Assembly (NCBI GenBank): GCA_963755125.1
Contig: CAVWIP010000012.1
Coordinates: forward strand, 192,001 to 256,000
Source of the DNA: an uncultured delta proteobacterium
GTDB lineage: Bacteria > Myxococcota_A > Polyangia > Fen-1088
DNA: 64,000 nt
Direction: 5' to 3'
Shown piece by piece: positions 40,577-58,100 of the stretch (its first letter is position 1; each line of letters begins with the position of its first letter). The translations under genes were made by a program, and so were the position numbers. The notes beneath the pieces are model-generated. The model saw nothing but the letters and a program-made list of their open reading frames with translations, was not told where the DNA came from and made no database searches.

Positions 40577-40712
40577 ATCTTTTGGTGTCTTGAGCTACGA
40601 GCTCGTTTATCGAATCCGAGTCGTGCTCGTTCACCGAGCTTCGACCTCGATTCTCGTAAGCGGCTGTCCGCGCTGTCTCTGCCCGCGTGGGGCCAGAGAC
40701 AGTGAAAATAAT

Positions 40713-43890
<3,178 letters not shown>

Positions 43891-43904
43891 CCAATCTATT
43901 AAGT

Positions 43905-44012
43905 GTGGAACCCTGAGAGGGTTCCACTCCTCCCGCGATGAACTCCGCCCGGCAAAGCCGGGCTGCGCTCACGCGATATGGAACCCTGAGAGACTAGCTC
44001 CGCGGATCCCAT
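43905..44012 (+). repeat. Palindromic repeat copy R7 plus a partial tandem copy in the 16S-23S spacer
   Basis: GTGGAACCCTgagAGGGTTCCAC-TCCTCCCGCGATG..GCCCGGCaaaGCCGGGC..ACGCGA, then ATGGAACCCTGAGAG...GGATCCCAT. Confidence 0.85.
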
Positions 44013-44349
44013 GAAAAGGTTGGATGGCTCTTGCCACCAGAATTATCGCGACACGCCGCTTACAATTGCACGTGAAACCCTTGAAGGGCCTCACGCCTCC
44101 CGCTAACGAACGCAGCCGGGCAATGCCCTTCTACGCTCGCGCGCGGTATCGAGATCGAAGCTCGTCGAGTGAGCTCCAACCGTTCGGATTTCCTTCGACG
44201 CTCGTTTTGCTCAAGACACGCTTTCGCGTCGTCGTCATCTATTCACTTTTCAAAGAACCTCGGGGTCTCCTTCAACCACCGACGAAAGCCTGCAAGGCCA
44301 GAATTGAGAGCTTTCGTCGGAACGCGAAGGTTTGATTCTGTTTTTGCGG

Positions 44350-44422
44350 TGGAGCGTAAGGGGTTCGAACCCTCGACCCCCGGCTTGCAAAGCCGGTGCT
44401 CTCCCAGCTGAGCTAACGCCCC
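44350..44422 (-). tRNA. tRNA-Ala (TGC)
   Basis: GGGGCGTTAGCTCAGCTGGGAGAGCACCGGCTTTGCAAGCCGG..GGTTCGAACCC..GCTCCA. Confidence 0.97.
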
Positions 44423-44464
44423 AGGAATCTCTTGGGGCTATCTCTGTTGCACCGCCGCAAGCGG

Positions 44465-44538
<74 letters not shown>

Positions 44539-44684
44539 AGGTTTTGCTTTGTTGAACAATCACCTCACCAGGCTATTCAGTTGACAAACCATTCGGTCTC
44601 TCAAAGCCGAACAGCAAAACCGAGAAGAGCGAAACCTTGATACTGACCTGACTAGAGGAACCCCGAAGAGCTCCCCATGTCTCC

Positions 44685-46249
<1,565 letters not shown>

Positions 46250-46374
46250 AATTCTCACATACGGCCTTTCGACCGCATGCTGTAACTGATTCGATCCTCC
46301 GGAGATCTTGCGATCCCCGAGTTGCGTTCTCGTATCACTCAAAGTTTCGGGGCCGAATCCACTCGTCGATTCAG

Positions 46375-46399
46375 GAAAGAACCCTGAGAGGGTTCTTTC
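46375..46399. repeat. Solo first-hairpin copy R8 in the rrn leader
   Basis: GAAAGAACCCT-gag-AGGGTTCTTTC, a perfect 11-bp stem sharing the family core. Confidence 0.65.
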
Positions 46400-46420
46400 A
46401 GAATGGCAAGGGAATCGGCA

Positions 46421-46458
46421 TTTCTTCTCAGTTTGCTATTCAGCTTTCAAAGACCGAA
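46421..46458 (-). promoter_or_regulatory. rrn leader boxA-like site and 5' arm of the 16S processing stem
   Basis: Minus strand TTCGGTCTTTGAAAGCTGAATAGCAAACTGAGAAG is complementary to 44592-44628. A second boxA-like GGTTCTTTGAAA lies at ~44247-44259 in the spacer. Confidence 0.7.
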
Positions 46459-46508
46459 CGACCCTACCGCTGGAAGCCGACCACCGGCTACCCGCGGAGG
46501 GGATGGGA

Positions 46509-46541
46509 AGATTATGTATCCGCGGGCAAAAGTCAACAAAA
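46509..46541 (-). promoter_or_regulatory. Putative rrn promoter
   Basis: T-tract, TTGACT (46536-46531), 16-nt spacer, TAATCT (46514-46509), then a C-rich discriminator. Confidence 0.6.
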
Positions 46542-46577
46542 AATCCCAGACGCGCCCGGTCGGCCACCCACGGCCCG

Positions 46578-47567
46578 CTATCTCTTGCCCGCGAGGAGCT
46601 GCGCTGCCTCTTTGGCGTGATAACTCACGACAAAATCGGCACCCGCCCTCCGTACAGATGTAAGAGTTTCCACCATCGCTCGGTCGTAGTCAAGGAGACC
46701 TTTTTGGCCAGCGAGCTTGAGCATCGAATACTCGCCCGACACGTTGTATGCGGCGACTGGCACGTCGAATTCACGGCGCACCTCGCCTATGACGTCAAGG
46801 CAGGGCAGTGCGGGCTTGACCATGACGATGTCCGCCCCTTCTTCCACGTCGAGCGCCACCTCGCGGATCGCTTCACGGATATTCGCCACATCCATCTGGT
46901 ATCCCCGACGGTCGCCGAAGGATGGCGCTGAAGCCACGGCCTCGCGGAATGGCCCATAGAAGGCTGACGCGTACTTGGCCGCGTAGGACAGCAGGATGAC
47001 GTCTTGCTGCTCGGCCTCGTCCAATGTTTCACGCAGAAAGCCGATCATCCCGTCCATCATCCCAGATGGAGCCACGATGTCTGCGCCCGCCTGGGCTTGG
47101 GCCAGAGCCGCCCGGCCCAGGTTTTCCAGGGTGGCATCGTTGTCGACCACGCCTCCCTTCTTCTCCAAGATGACGCCGCAGTGGCCGTGGGTCGTGTACT
47201 CACAGAAGCAGCAGTCAGCGACCACGACGAGTTCGGGGACGGTCTTCTTGATGGCGCGAATGGCACGCTGGACGATGCCTTCCGGGTGCCACGCCTCGCT
47301 TCCCACCGAGTCCTTTCGCTCCGGCAGACCGAACAGGATCACCGCCGGGATACCGAGGTTGGCGACAGCTTCCGCCTCACGCGAAAGCTGGTCCACGGAG
47401 AAGTGGAATTGTCCGGGCAGCGATGCGATCTCGCGGCGTACTCCTTTGCCGGGGCACGCGAAGAGCGGAAAGACCAGATTGTCGACGGAGAGCGCCGTCT
47501 CGCGAACCATTCGACGTAGGGCTTCGGTGCGGCGCAGTCGCCGGGGCCGGTTCTCTGGGAATGACAT
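46578..47567 (-). CDS. hemB: Porphobilinogen synthase (Zn-type)
   Basis: [52 protein letters not shown]. Confidence 0.97.
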   Translation of the reverse strand: MSFPENRPRRLRRTEALRRMVRETALSVDNLVFPLFACPGKGVRREIASLPGQFHFSVDQLSREAEAVANLGIPAVILFGLPERKDSVGSEAWHPEGIVQRAIRAIKKTVPELVVVADCCFCEYTTHGHCGVILEKKGGVVDNDATLENLGRAALAQAQAGADIVAPSGMMDGMIGFLRETLDEAEQQDVILLSYAAKYASAFYGPFREAVASAPSFGDRRGYQMDVANIREAIREVALDVEEGADIVMVKPALPCLDVIGEVRREFDVPVAAYNVSGEYSMLKLAGQKGLLDYDRAMVETLTSVRRAGADFVVSYHAKEAAQLLAGKR

Positions 47568-47568
47568 G

Positions 47569-48324
47569 CTAGTGGCCTCCGTTTGGTGAATATGTGCGGG
47601 CAATCGCCGAAATCAGCGCATCGATGTTTGGCTCCTTGGCAACCACCGGCGAGAGTCCATGGCGGACTGCCTCGGCTGCTGTGGTGGGCCCGATTACCGC
47701 GACGGTCTTGCTCGCCAGGAAACTGGTACCGTGCTTCTCCACGAAGGCACGCAACGCCGACGGGCTCGCGAAAATCGCGACGTCAAAGACCGGCGGGGGT
47801 GGCAGCGGACTGAGTGGAGCCGTCTGGTAGGCGGCGACCACGTCAACTTGGCACCCTCGGTCGCGCAGGGCCTCTATCAGCGCATCGCGACCGGCAAAGG
47901 CATGTGGGAAGAGCAGGCGGGCGCCGGTTTCGAGGTTGCGGAAAGCATCCATGAGGCCATCCTGGCGCTGGTCCGAGGGCACAAGATCGACGTGGGCTCC
48001 CGCCTTTTCAAGCGCCCGTGCGGTTTCCCTGCCCACTGCGGCCACGCGCGGGCGAGCCGAGCCAGTCGGAAAGCGGCCGCCATCCATGCGTGAGGCAGTG
48101 AACGAAACCGCGGGCTTGCTGGTGAAGATGATCCAGTCGTAGCACCCAAACTGCCGGAGCGCCTGGTCCAGTGCCTCCCAGGATGGAGGAGGCAGCACCT
48201 CTATCGTCGGATAGGGAATCACGGTGGCGCCCACTGCTGACAGAGCCGCCGCCCAGTTGTCAGCCTCGCTGCGCGCCGGCCGAGTCACGAGCACGCGGAG
48301 TCCTTCAAGCAGCGGCCGTGACAT
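47569..48324 (-). CDS. hemD: Uroporphyrinogen-III synthase
   Basis: [35 protein letters not shown]. Confidence 0.92.
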   Translation of the reverse strand: MSRPLLEGLRVLVTRPARSEADNWAAALSAVGATVIPYPTIEVLPPPSWEALDQALRQFGCYDWIIFTSKPAVSFTASRMDGGRFPTGSARPRVAAVGRETARALEKAGAHVDLVPSDQRQDGLMDAFRNLETGARLLFPHAFAGRDALIEALRDRGCQVDVVAAYQTAPLSPLPPPPVFDVAIFASPSALRAFVEKHGTSFLASKTVAVIGPTTAAEAVRHGLSPVVAKEPNIDALISAIARTYSPNGGH

Positions 48325-48354
48325 GACGAGAATTCCGCGCTCTATGCCGCGTGA

Positions 48355-48951
48355 CTACTCTTCCAGTTCGACATTCCAGTACGACGCGTTGGCGAGGTCC
48401 AGGAAAGGCAGCCATTCGCGGTAGCGCACGCCATCGCCGGAGGTGCGGAAGGTCGGGGTCCAGTGGGGACGGGTCGGTGCGCGGAGAAGGTGCATTCTGG
48501 CCTGCTCCGGAGTCCGCGCGCCCTTGGCCAGGTTGCAGTCCACGCAGCAACAGACGACATTTTCCCAGGTGGTGCGACCGCCCTGGGATCGAGGCTTGAC
48601 ATGGTCCAGATTCAGATCCGAGCGGGCGAGTTGCCGGCCGCAGTACTGGCAGGTGTTGGCGTCTCGCGTGTAGATATTGTGGCGCGAGAACCGGACCTTG
48701 GCCTTCGGGATGCGGTCATAAAGCTGCAACATGATCACGCGCGGCACGCGGATGGCGCGATTGACAGTGTGAATGACGTCGTCGCCGGTCTCGGCGGAGA
48801 GCTGCGACCAGCTATCGAAGTCGAACATCCGAAACTGCCGGTCGACGGCCTGCGCCGCGCCCAGATACAGCAGGCTGAAGGCCCGTTTCACGTTTGTGAC
48901 GTGGATAGGCTGGAAGCTCCGGTTGAGGACAAGGACGGCCGAGTTGATCAC
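48355..48951 (-). CDS. HNH endonuclease (McrA-like)
   Basis: VLVLN, FSRHNIYTRD, CQYCG, LDHVKPRSQGG, WENVVCCCVDCNLAKG. Confidence 0.9.
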   Translation of the reverse strand: MINSAVLVLNRSFQPIHVTNVKRAFSLLYLGAAQAVDRQFRMFDFDSWSQLSAETGDDVIHTVNRAIRVPRVIMLQLYDRIPKAKVRFSRHNIYTRDANTCQYCGRQLARSDLNLDHVKPRSQGGRTTWENVVCCCVDCNLAKGARTPEQARMHLLRAPTRPHWTPTFRTSGDGVRYREWLPFLDLANASYWNVELEE

Positions 48952-49158
48952 GACGCGTCCGTTCTGGTGCTGCCTACCGCGAACACCTTGGCCATTGACG
49001 CGAAGTAGAGGCCATTCCTTTCCCCTGCGCCGCGCCTACGCGAAGCGTCTATTAGGGGTATCGACCGCCGGAGCGGCCACGGATTGCTGGCCGCGCTCAT
49101 GGGCCGTGATGCTAACAGAGCGAAGCCGGGACGGCAAAGGCTGTAAAATGCCAGCGCC

Positions 49159-51360
49159 TTGAACACCCAAACGCTGTCCGCATTGGTTGCCGCGATCGTC
49201 AGCCTGGCGATCGGTGGCGCCGTGCTTCTGCGTGAACCGCGGAGGGCGGTTCATGTCCTTTTCGCGACGTTCGCCTTCAATATCGCGGTCGAGAAGCTCC
49301 TGTCCTTCTTTTCCACCGGCGCGGCCGAGCCTGACTCTCTCATCAGGTGGGCCGTCATGGCCGCCACGGTATCGCTTCCGGCGACCGCGCAACGGTTCTT
49401 CCAGGCCTTCCTCGGCGACGAGGCTGGGCCGCCGCCACTCTCCCGCACCACCGTCGTCGGTGCGGGACTGCTCTACCTGGCGCTTCTGCTGAGTCGCTTT
49501 CTCGCCGCACCCATTCACACCGCCCTGTGGTTCCACGCGGCCCTGGTCATCTATGTCTTCGTTGGCCTCTACCTGTCCGTCTACTACCTCTATCGTCGCT
49601 ACCGAGGCACACCGTCGCGGGTCGAGAAGATCCGGCTACTCTACCTTCTGATCGGTGGCGTGGCGACGGTGACGGCGGCGTTGCTGGATCTCATTCCCGG
49701 CGCGCCATCGTTCGGGAACATCTTCATCACCATCTATCTCTATTTCCTGTCCCAGACTCTGGCCCGCTACCGCTTGCTCGACCTCAACGAGTTGCTCGGC
49801 CGCATGGTGGTGCTGGCCACCCTGGTCATGATCGCCACGGTCATCTACGGCCTCCTCTTGGTGAAGTGGGTCGAGCTCGACGAGCTGGGTGTGTTCTTTC
49901 TCAATGCCCTGGTGGCATCGACCGCGATCATCATCGTGTTCGAGCCCTTGCGCACGCGGCTGGAGCGCGTGGTGAATCGCTGGATGTTTCAGGAGAAGTA
50001 CGAGCTGTTCCGGCGCATCGAAACCCTGCGCACGGACCTGATGAACGTCATCGACGTGCGCGATCTGGTGCCGCGCGTGCTTTCTGCGCTTGAGGCTTCC
50101 CGCCGGGTCACCCACGCTTCGCTCTACACGGTCGACCCTGACGGCTCGGCCTACGAGCTGGCCGGTCATGTCGGACCGCGGCCCGAGGGACGTTTGGACG
50201 CGGTTGCCTATCGCGCCTTTCTCGAGCGGCTGCGCCGCGCCGGTGTGGTGTCCATCGAGGGACTTGAGCGAGAGCTGGCGGCCCTGCGCAACACCCAGAG
50301 CGAGGAGCGCGAGAGCCTCCTACTCATGGTGCGCGCCCTGGAGCTGCTCAACGCTTCGGTCGTGCTGGCCGTGATAGGCGAGGAGCAACTTCTTGGCATG
50401 CTGTCTCTGCGCGATGAGCGCCTGCGCGAGGCCTATTCCTCGGAAGAGATCGAGCTGTTTCGCGGGGTGGCTGCGTCGATCGGGGTCACCTTGCAGAACT
50501 CGCAGGTGTACGAGCGTATGAAGGAACGCGATCGCTTGGCCGCGCTCGGCCAGATGGCGGCCGGCCTCGCCCATGAAATCCGCAACCCACTGGGATCGAT
50601 CAAAGGCGCGGCCCAGTTTCTGCAACCCACCGGGTCGCAGCCGTCAGATGCCGGTGGCACGCGCGAATTCTTGGACATCATCGTCGAAGAAGTCGATCGG
50701 CTGAACAAGATCGTGTCGCAGTTTCTCGACTACGCGCGGCCCTATCGTGGCGACCAGAATCCACTCGACATCAACGACGTGGTTCGCAAGACGCTGCACC
50801 TCATCGACAAGGAACGCAGCGCCGGGGTGGATATCTCGACCAGCTTCATCGAGGGACTTCCCCCGGTGCGGGCCGATGCTCAGCAGCTACGGCAGGTGTT
50901 TCTCAACCTGACGTTCAATGCGCTCGAGGCCATGCCCCAGGGAGGCAAGCTGCACGTGTCAACCAGCTTGCGCCGATCCACGCGCCGGGGCGCAGCGGCT
51001 GCATTCCTGGAAATTCGTTTCCGCGACACCGGCGTGGGAATCCCGCCGGGGGATCAGCGCAACCTTTTCATTCCCTTCTTCACCACCAAAGAACGCGGCA
51101 CCGGGCTGGGTCTGCCCATAAGCCAGCGCATCATCGAGAACCACGGTGGAACCATTGAGGTGCGGTCGCAGGCGGGCGCCGGCTCGACGTTTTCCGTGCT
51201 CTTGCCGGTGGAGGCCGACGCCTATGCCTCTTACGCGGAATCCAAGAAAGGCCCGCCGCCCCTGCCGGGCTCCGGCCCCATCCCGCTGTCGCCGCCCGCG
51301 GTTATCTCCTCGGCACCGGCCCTCGCGGCATCGCCGCCGGTGCCCTCTGGGTTGAAATGA
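49159..51360 (+). CDS. Multi-TM sensor histidine kinase with GAF domain
   Basis: N-terminal TM bundle, LAHEIRNPL H-box, NLTFNA, DTGVGI, FFTTK, GTGLGL. Confidence 0.93.
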   Translation: MNTQTLSALVAAIVSLAIGGAVLLREPRRAVHVLFATFAFNIAVEKLLSFFSTGAAEPDSLIRWAVMAATVSLPATAQRFFQAFLGDEAGPPPLSRTTVVGAGLLYLALLLSRFLAAPIHTALWFHAALVIYVFVGLYLSVYYLYRRYRGTPSRVEKIRLLYLLIGGVATVTAALLDLIPGAPSFGNIFITIYLYFLSQTLARYRLLDLNELLGRMVVLATLVMIATVIYGLLLVKWVELDELGVFFLNALVASTAIIIVFEPLRTRLERVVNRWMFQEKYELFRRIETLRTDLMNVIDVRDLVPRVLSALEASRRVTHASLYTVDPDGSAYELAGHVGPRPEGRLDAVAYRAFLERLRRAGVVSIEGLERELAALRNTQSEERESLLLMVRALELLNASVVLAVIGEEQLLGMLSLRDERLREAYSSEEIELFRGVAASIGVTLQNSQVYERMKERDRLAALGQMAAGLAHEIRNPLGSIKGAAQFLQPTGSQPSDAGGTREFLDIIVEEVDRLNKIVSQFLDYARPYRGDQNPLDINDVVRKTLHLIDKERSAGVDISTSFIEGLPPVRADAQQLRQVFLNLTFNALEAMPQGGKLHVSTSLRRSTRRGAAAAFLEIRFRDTGVGIPPGDQRNLFIPFFTTKERGTGLGLPISQRIIENHGGTIEVRSQAGAGSTFSVLLPVEADAYASYAESKKGPPPLPGSGPIPLSPPAVISSAPALAASPPVPSGLK

Positions 51361-51374
51361 GCTAACGTCAGGCC

Positions 51375-52832
<1,458 letters not shown>

Positions 52833-52889
52833 CGAGCGCAGCGATATACCCAAGATCCCTCGTGCTTGTGGTATCGTCGAAGCCGCATC

Positions 52890-54140
52890 GTGCGAGGGAC
52901 TGGCATACGCATCGTTGGCCTTCTGGCCCTGGTTCTGGTCGGCCTGACCGGGTTGGCCCAGGCCGCCGAGGAAACTCCTGTGGTGACCGGGCGTCTTCCC
53001 GCCCGCGAGTGGATGGACTGGACCGTCTCTCTCAGCTACCTGCACGAGCAAGAGCACGGAGCGTTGAAGCGGGAGGATGAGGTGCAGGATACCGGGGGGA
53101 TCGGGCTGGTGAGTGATCTGCTTTACCAGCACAGCCGGGACGTGATGCAGCTTCGCGGCGAGGCGGGACTGGTCAAGGACCTGAGCCTCTTCGCGGTGCT
53201 GTCCATCGTGGTGGCGGACCAGCGCTCGCTCGATTTCGACCGGACCAACGACTGCGCGGCCGTTCCCAGCCCCTGCGTGGACGCGAGCAACTCGACCACG
53301 TTTCGCGACGGCATCCTTTCTGGGAACGGGACTCCACCCGGCTCGGGAACCGCGTTCCGCGGTCCCACACGGCATGGCGTAGAGTACCTGGCCTTGGGGG
53401 CAAACTGGGCCGTGTTCAACCAGGCCCGCGACGACACCAAGCCCACCTGGATCCTGCGCTTCGAGACGCGGTTGTCCGTGGCGGACGACATGCGTTTCGA
53501 TCCGGCGGCTCCCACGAAGAACACGGCCGTGGGGCCTGGCTACCACCAGTTCATCCTGTCCACGTTGTTCTCGCGACGCTTCGGCCCGCTGGAACCCTAT
53601 TCAGGAGGCTGGGTCGTGCTCCCGGTGCTGACATCGGGTAGTCCATTTTCCGCGCCCGGCCTGAGCGGTGGAGCGCAGAAACGCCTGGGCTTCGAAACCG
53701 GCGCGGAAGCGACCCTGTGGGAAGACAAACAGGCCCACCACCGAGTCGCCTACGAGTTGCGGGGTCAAGCGGAATTGCGCTTGGATGGTCTGGAGCAGGG
53801 CCCTCTCTGGGAGGCGTTGTCTGGCGATCCGAGCTGCGGCCCCAACAATACGGCCGCCTGCCGGCCCGGCGTGGACCAGAACAGCAACGGCGTTGCCAGC
53901 CCGAATCCCGGGGTCACGCGTAGCCCGAGTTACGGCCAGATAGGTGGCGACACGGGCCTCATCATTCGCATCGGGCCGCACGCGCGCCTGCGCAGTCTTT
54001 TCGGTCTGTTCTGGCAGCAGTCGCACGATCTGACGGACGGCTCGTCGGGCAACGCCGTGTACGACGTGCCCGGCCGGCGCTACCGCGTCGAGAACGCGTA
54101 CTCCTGGCGGATCCTGGTCGACGGCGGCGTGGTTTTCTAG
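52890..54140 (+). CDS. Putative outer-membrane beta-barrel protein
   Basis: Signal peptide ending AQA, alternating amphipathic strands, terminal Phe (DGGVVF), Cys-pair loops; start uncertain. Confidence 0.65.
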   Translation: MRGTGIRIVGLLALVLVGLTGLAQAAEETPVVTGRLPAREWMDWTVSLSYLHEQEHGALKREDEVQDTGGIGLVSDLLYQHSRDVMQLRGEAGLVKDLSLFAVLSIVVADQRSLDFDRTNDCAAVPSPCVDASNSTTFRDGILSGNGTPPGSGTAFRGPTRHGVEYLALGANWAVFNQARDDTKPTWILRFETRLSVADDMRFDPAAPTKNTAVGPGYHQFILSTLFSRRFGPLEPYSGGWVVLPVLTSGSPFSAPGLSGGAQKRLGFETGAEATLWEDKQAHHRVAYELRGQAELRLDGLEQGPLWEALSGDPSCGPNNTAACRPGVDQNSNGVASPNPGVTRSPSYGQIGGDTGLIIRIGPHARLRSLFGLFWQQSHDLTDGSSGNAVYDVPGRRYRVENAYSWRILVDGGVVF

Positions 54141-54143
54141 CCG

Positions 54144-55022
54144 CTATTCGCGCGTCCGCAGGTCCAGCACCAGCCGGTAGGTCTCTCGCCGCGGGCGACT
54201 GGTTTCGCTGGCCAAAGCGTCGGCCGCATCGCGCGCCGACAAACCTGACGCCAGGAGAGCCCGCGCGCGCGCGCGCATGTCCTCGTCGCGTTGCCCGTCG
54301 GCTTGCGGGTCCTGTGCGGAAGCGCCACCCACCAACAGGGTCACCTCGCCCAGGGGACGTTCGCTCGCGTAGCGAGATGCAAGTTCGGCCAGCGTGCCGC
54401 GCACGAATTCCTCGTGCGTTTTGGTCAGCTCGCGCGCCACACAGGCGGGCCGGTCCTTGCCCAGGATAGCGGACAAGTCGGCCAGGGTGGCCGCGACTCG
54501 ATGGGGCGATTCGAAGAAGACCAGGGTGGCGGGCAGCGACCGAAGCTGAGCGAGCAGACCCTGGCGTGCGCCGGTCTTGCGCGGGGGAAATCCCACGAAG
54601 AAGAAGCGATCGGTGGGCAGGCCGGAGGCCACCAGCGCGGCCAGCACCGCCGAGGGCCCTGGCACGGGCACCACGCGCGCGCCGGCCGCAATCGCCGCAC
54701 GCACGACGCGGTAGCCGGGATCGGACACGCTGGGGGTTCCCGCCTCAGAGAGGAGCGCGATGCTCGCACCCGAGCGCAGCAAGGCCGCCGCTTGCGCGGC
54801 ACGCGCGGGTTCGTTGGCATCGAAGCACGACTGCGTGCGACGGTCGATGCCGTGCCCATCGAGCAGTCTTCGCGCCGAGCGGGTGTCTTCGGCCAGCACC
54901 AGATCCGCGGTGCGCAGGGTTTCCAGCGCCCGCGGTGAGAGATCCTGGGTGTTGCCGATGGACGAAGCCACAACATAGAGCGTGCCAGCGTGAGATTCGG
55001 TCAATAGCTTCTCCGTCGCCAT
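54144..55022 (-). CDS. rsmI: 16S rRNA C1402 2'-O-methyltransferase
   Basis: GTLYVVA..IGN, AEDTR, AGTPSVSDPG, PVPGPSA, ESPHR, RELTKTHEE. Confidence 0.96.
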   Translation of the reverse strand: MATEKLLTESHAGTLYVVASSIGNTQDLSPRALETLRTADLVLAEDTRSARRLLDGHGIDRRTQSCFDANEPARAAQAAALLRSGASIALLSEAGTPSVSDPGYRVVRAAIAAGARVVPVPGPSAVLAALVASGLPTDRFFFVGFPPRKTGARQGLLAQLRSLPATLVFFESPHRVAATLADLSAILGKDRPACVARELTKTHEEFVRGTLAELASRYASERPLGEVTLLVGGASAQDPQADGQRDEDMRARARALLASGLSARDAADALASETSRPRRETYRLVLDLRTRE

Positions 55023-55170
55023 AGGTCGTGTCCGTCGGCCAAACGCCAGCGGTCACGAAACGCCATGAATCCTCGCACGACGGCGCGGCCCTGTCTTGCT
55101 ATGATTCGCACACACGATGGATCTCCTCGACGATCCAACTTCGACTTCTCCGAAACAACCGGAGTCCTTC

Positions 55171-58100
55171 ATGCGACGCCTACGTAAGACAATCATCCTT
55201 CTAGCGGCCTGCGCCCTCGCCCTGGTTCTCACCATCCAGCACCGCGGTGATGACATACAACTGGTCGCCAACGCCTCACTGTCCGCCGCGGTTCACACCG
55301 ACGGTTCGACCTACGAACTGGCACAGGCCCAGATATTCACCAAGGCGCTGTACTACGTGAACAACCAGTACTTCGACAAGACCCGGCTCGATCCCAGGCG
55401 CATGCTGGTGGGCGCGCTGGACTTCTTGCAGCGGGACGTGCCGGAAATTCTGGTCGACCGCTTTCCCGAGCAGGATCCCAAGCAGGTCACGGTGCGGGTC
55501 AACGGCGAGCAGAAGACGTTTCCCGTCGAGCGCGTGGATTCGCCCTGGACCCTGCGCAGCACGCTGCAGGACATCTTTCGCTTTATCCAACCGCGCTTGC
55601 AGCCCGTGGCGGCCAAGGATGCGGCCCGCCACCTGGTCGAGATCGAGATGACCGCGACCAACGGCATGCTTTACACATTGGATCCGCACTCGGTTTTGCT
55701 CGACGTGGACAGCTACAAGGACATGCGCACCACCACGCAGGGCAAGTTCGGCGGGCTGGGCATCGTCATCGAAATGGATCGCAAGGGGCGCATCCTGGTC
55801 AAGAAGCCCATGCCGGATACCCCGGCCATTCGCGCCGGGCTCAAGGCCAAGGACCACATCGTCCGCATCAACAACGAGTCGACCATCAACATGACCCTGC
55901 AAGAGGCGGTGGATCGGCTGCGCGGCGAGGTGGGTGCGCCGGTCGACGTGTACATCGAGCGGGCCAGTGCGCCGGCGGCAAAGAAGTTCACCATCGTTCG
56001 CGATTTCATCCACCCGCCCGCCATCGACCCGCCGCCGCGCGTGCTCGCGGTTCCCGCGAGCGCCGGGCAACCCGCTGCCAAGGTCGGCTACTTCCGCGTG
56101 ATCAGCTTCTCGGCCAACACCGAGAGCGACCTCAGCCGGGCTTTGGCCTTCTTCGACCGGGAAAAGGTCAAGGCCATCATCATGGACCTGCGGGGAAATC
56201 CCGGCGGGCTGTACGATCAGGCGCAGAAGGTGGCCGATGCGTTCATCGAGTCGGGCGTCATCGTGTCCATGGTCGGGGTGGGTGGGGCGCAGCGCAAGGA
56301 CGAGCACGCCACCCGCGATGGCGACAGCAAGGTTCCGTTGGCGGTTCTGGTCAGCCAGAACTCGGCCAGCGCTTCCGAGATCGTGGCCGGCGCCATCAAG
56401 AACCTGGACCGCGGGGTCGTCATCGGTGAAACCACTTTCGGCAAGGGCTCGGTGCAGATGCTGTTCGACATCCCATCGCCGGTTCCCTTCGGCAACAAGC
56501 CCGAGGACGACAAGCTGGGGCTAAAGCTGACCACGGCGCAGTACCTGACCCCGGGGGATATCTCCATCCAGGGCGTGGGCGTGACGCCCGATGTGGAGCT
56601 GGTGCGCATGCGGGTGGAGAAGAAGAACGACGAGGCCTGGATCAACTTGCAAAATTCCACGCGACGGCGACAGGAATCGGACTACGAGTGGCATCTGGTG
56701 AGCCCGAGCGTGCGCACGGGCACCAAGCCCGAGGAGGTCGTCTCGTACCTGTATGTGCCGTCAGCCGCTGAATTGCGACGCAGACAAGATCTGGAGGACA
56801 TCGACACCAACTCGCCCGATGACGACGACGACAGCGACACTGCGGAGCCGGAAGAGGATCGCATCGATTTCCCCATCACCCTGGCCCGCGACTTGCTCGC
56901 GCAAGCCCGCACGCCGCGCCGACTGGATCTCGTCAATTCGAGCAAGCCACTCTTCGACAAGGTTCGCGCCGAGGAGGACCGGCGTCTGTCGGCGGCGCTG
57001 GAAAAGCTGGGGGTGGACTGGAGCACCGGTCCAGCCAACCAGGCACCGGGCGAGATTCAGGTGACGCTGGCGGTGGCCACGGGCGAGGCCCAGGTGAAGG
57101 CGGGCAACCCCGTCAAGATCCGCGGCACGGTGAAAAACGTGGGAGCCACCACGGTCTACCGGGTGCGCGCGGTCCTCAAGAGCGACAACCCGCTGTTCGA
57201 TGAGAACGAGATGGTATTCGGCAAGATCGCCCCGGGAGCGAGCAAGACCTACGACCTCACCGTGAAAGCGCCCAAGAGCAGCCTCACGCGCACCGACGTC
57301 ATCCGGGCCGAAATGTCCGGGCAGGGCGCGCTCACCGCCAACAGTCCCGAGATGACCCTCAACATCGAGGGCAAGGCGCACCCGCTCTTCGCCTACAGCT
57401 ACCAAACCATCGACGACGTGGCCGGGAATCGCGACGGCCAGGTGCAGAGGGGCGAACGCGTGCGCACGCTGGTGAAGGTGAAGAACATCGGGCAGGGCGC
57501 GGCGCTGCGGACCGAGGCCATCCTGCGCAACGGGTCCGGGCAAGAAGGGATCCTGATCAGCGCCGGTCGCTTCGAAAGCAAGGACCTAGCCCCGGGAGCC
57601 AGCCGCACGTTCACCTTCGTCTACGAGGTCGGCGCTGATTACCGTGGGGATGACTACCAGCTCGACCTGGTGGTGGCCGACACCGTTCTCGGGGAATCGG
57701 TGACCGACAAGATCAAGGTCAAGCTAGCGCCGGCTGGGCCTGCCCCTGCGGCCGAGGACCAGCCTGTCACCATCACGCGTTCCGAGGCGACTCTGCGCGA
57801 GGCGCCCGCCGACAATGCCCTGATCGTGGGTCATGCGCCGAAAGGAACCGTGTGGAGAAGCACCGGCCGCATCGGGGCCTTCCAGCGGGTGGAGATCGAG
57901 AGCGGCCGGCCGGCGTTCGTGGCTGCGGCGGATGTTGCGCCGGGCGGTTCGCTCCACGGCAGCTTCGTCCCCGAGTGGCAGGTGACGCCGCCCGTGCTGA
58001 CCGTCAGCGCGCCCACGGTGGTGGCAGGCAACACCGTGCACCTCAAGGCGACAGCCTCGGACGACAGCCAGGTCAAGGACGTCTATATCCGCGTGTGGAA

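Noticed and set aside
44655..44678. GGAACCCCGAAGAGCTCCCC next to the 16S 3' end
   Set aside because: Only loosely similar to hairpin 1; could be a degenerate copy but cannot be supported.
48355..48951. HNH nuclease as the mobiliser of the repeats or as a defence system
   Set aside because: Common stand-alone McrA-like HNH, not flanked by the repeat and with no partner genes.
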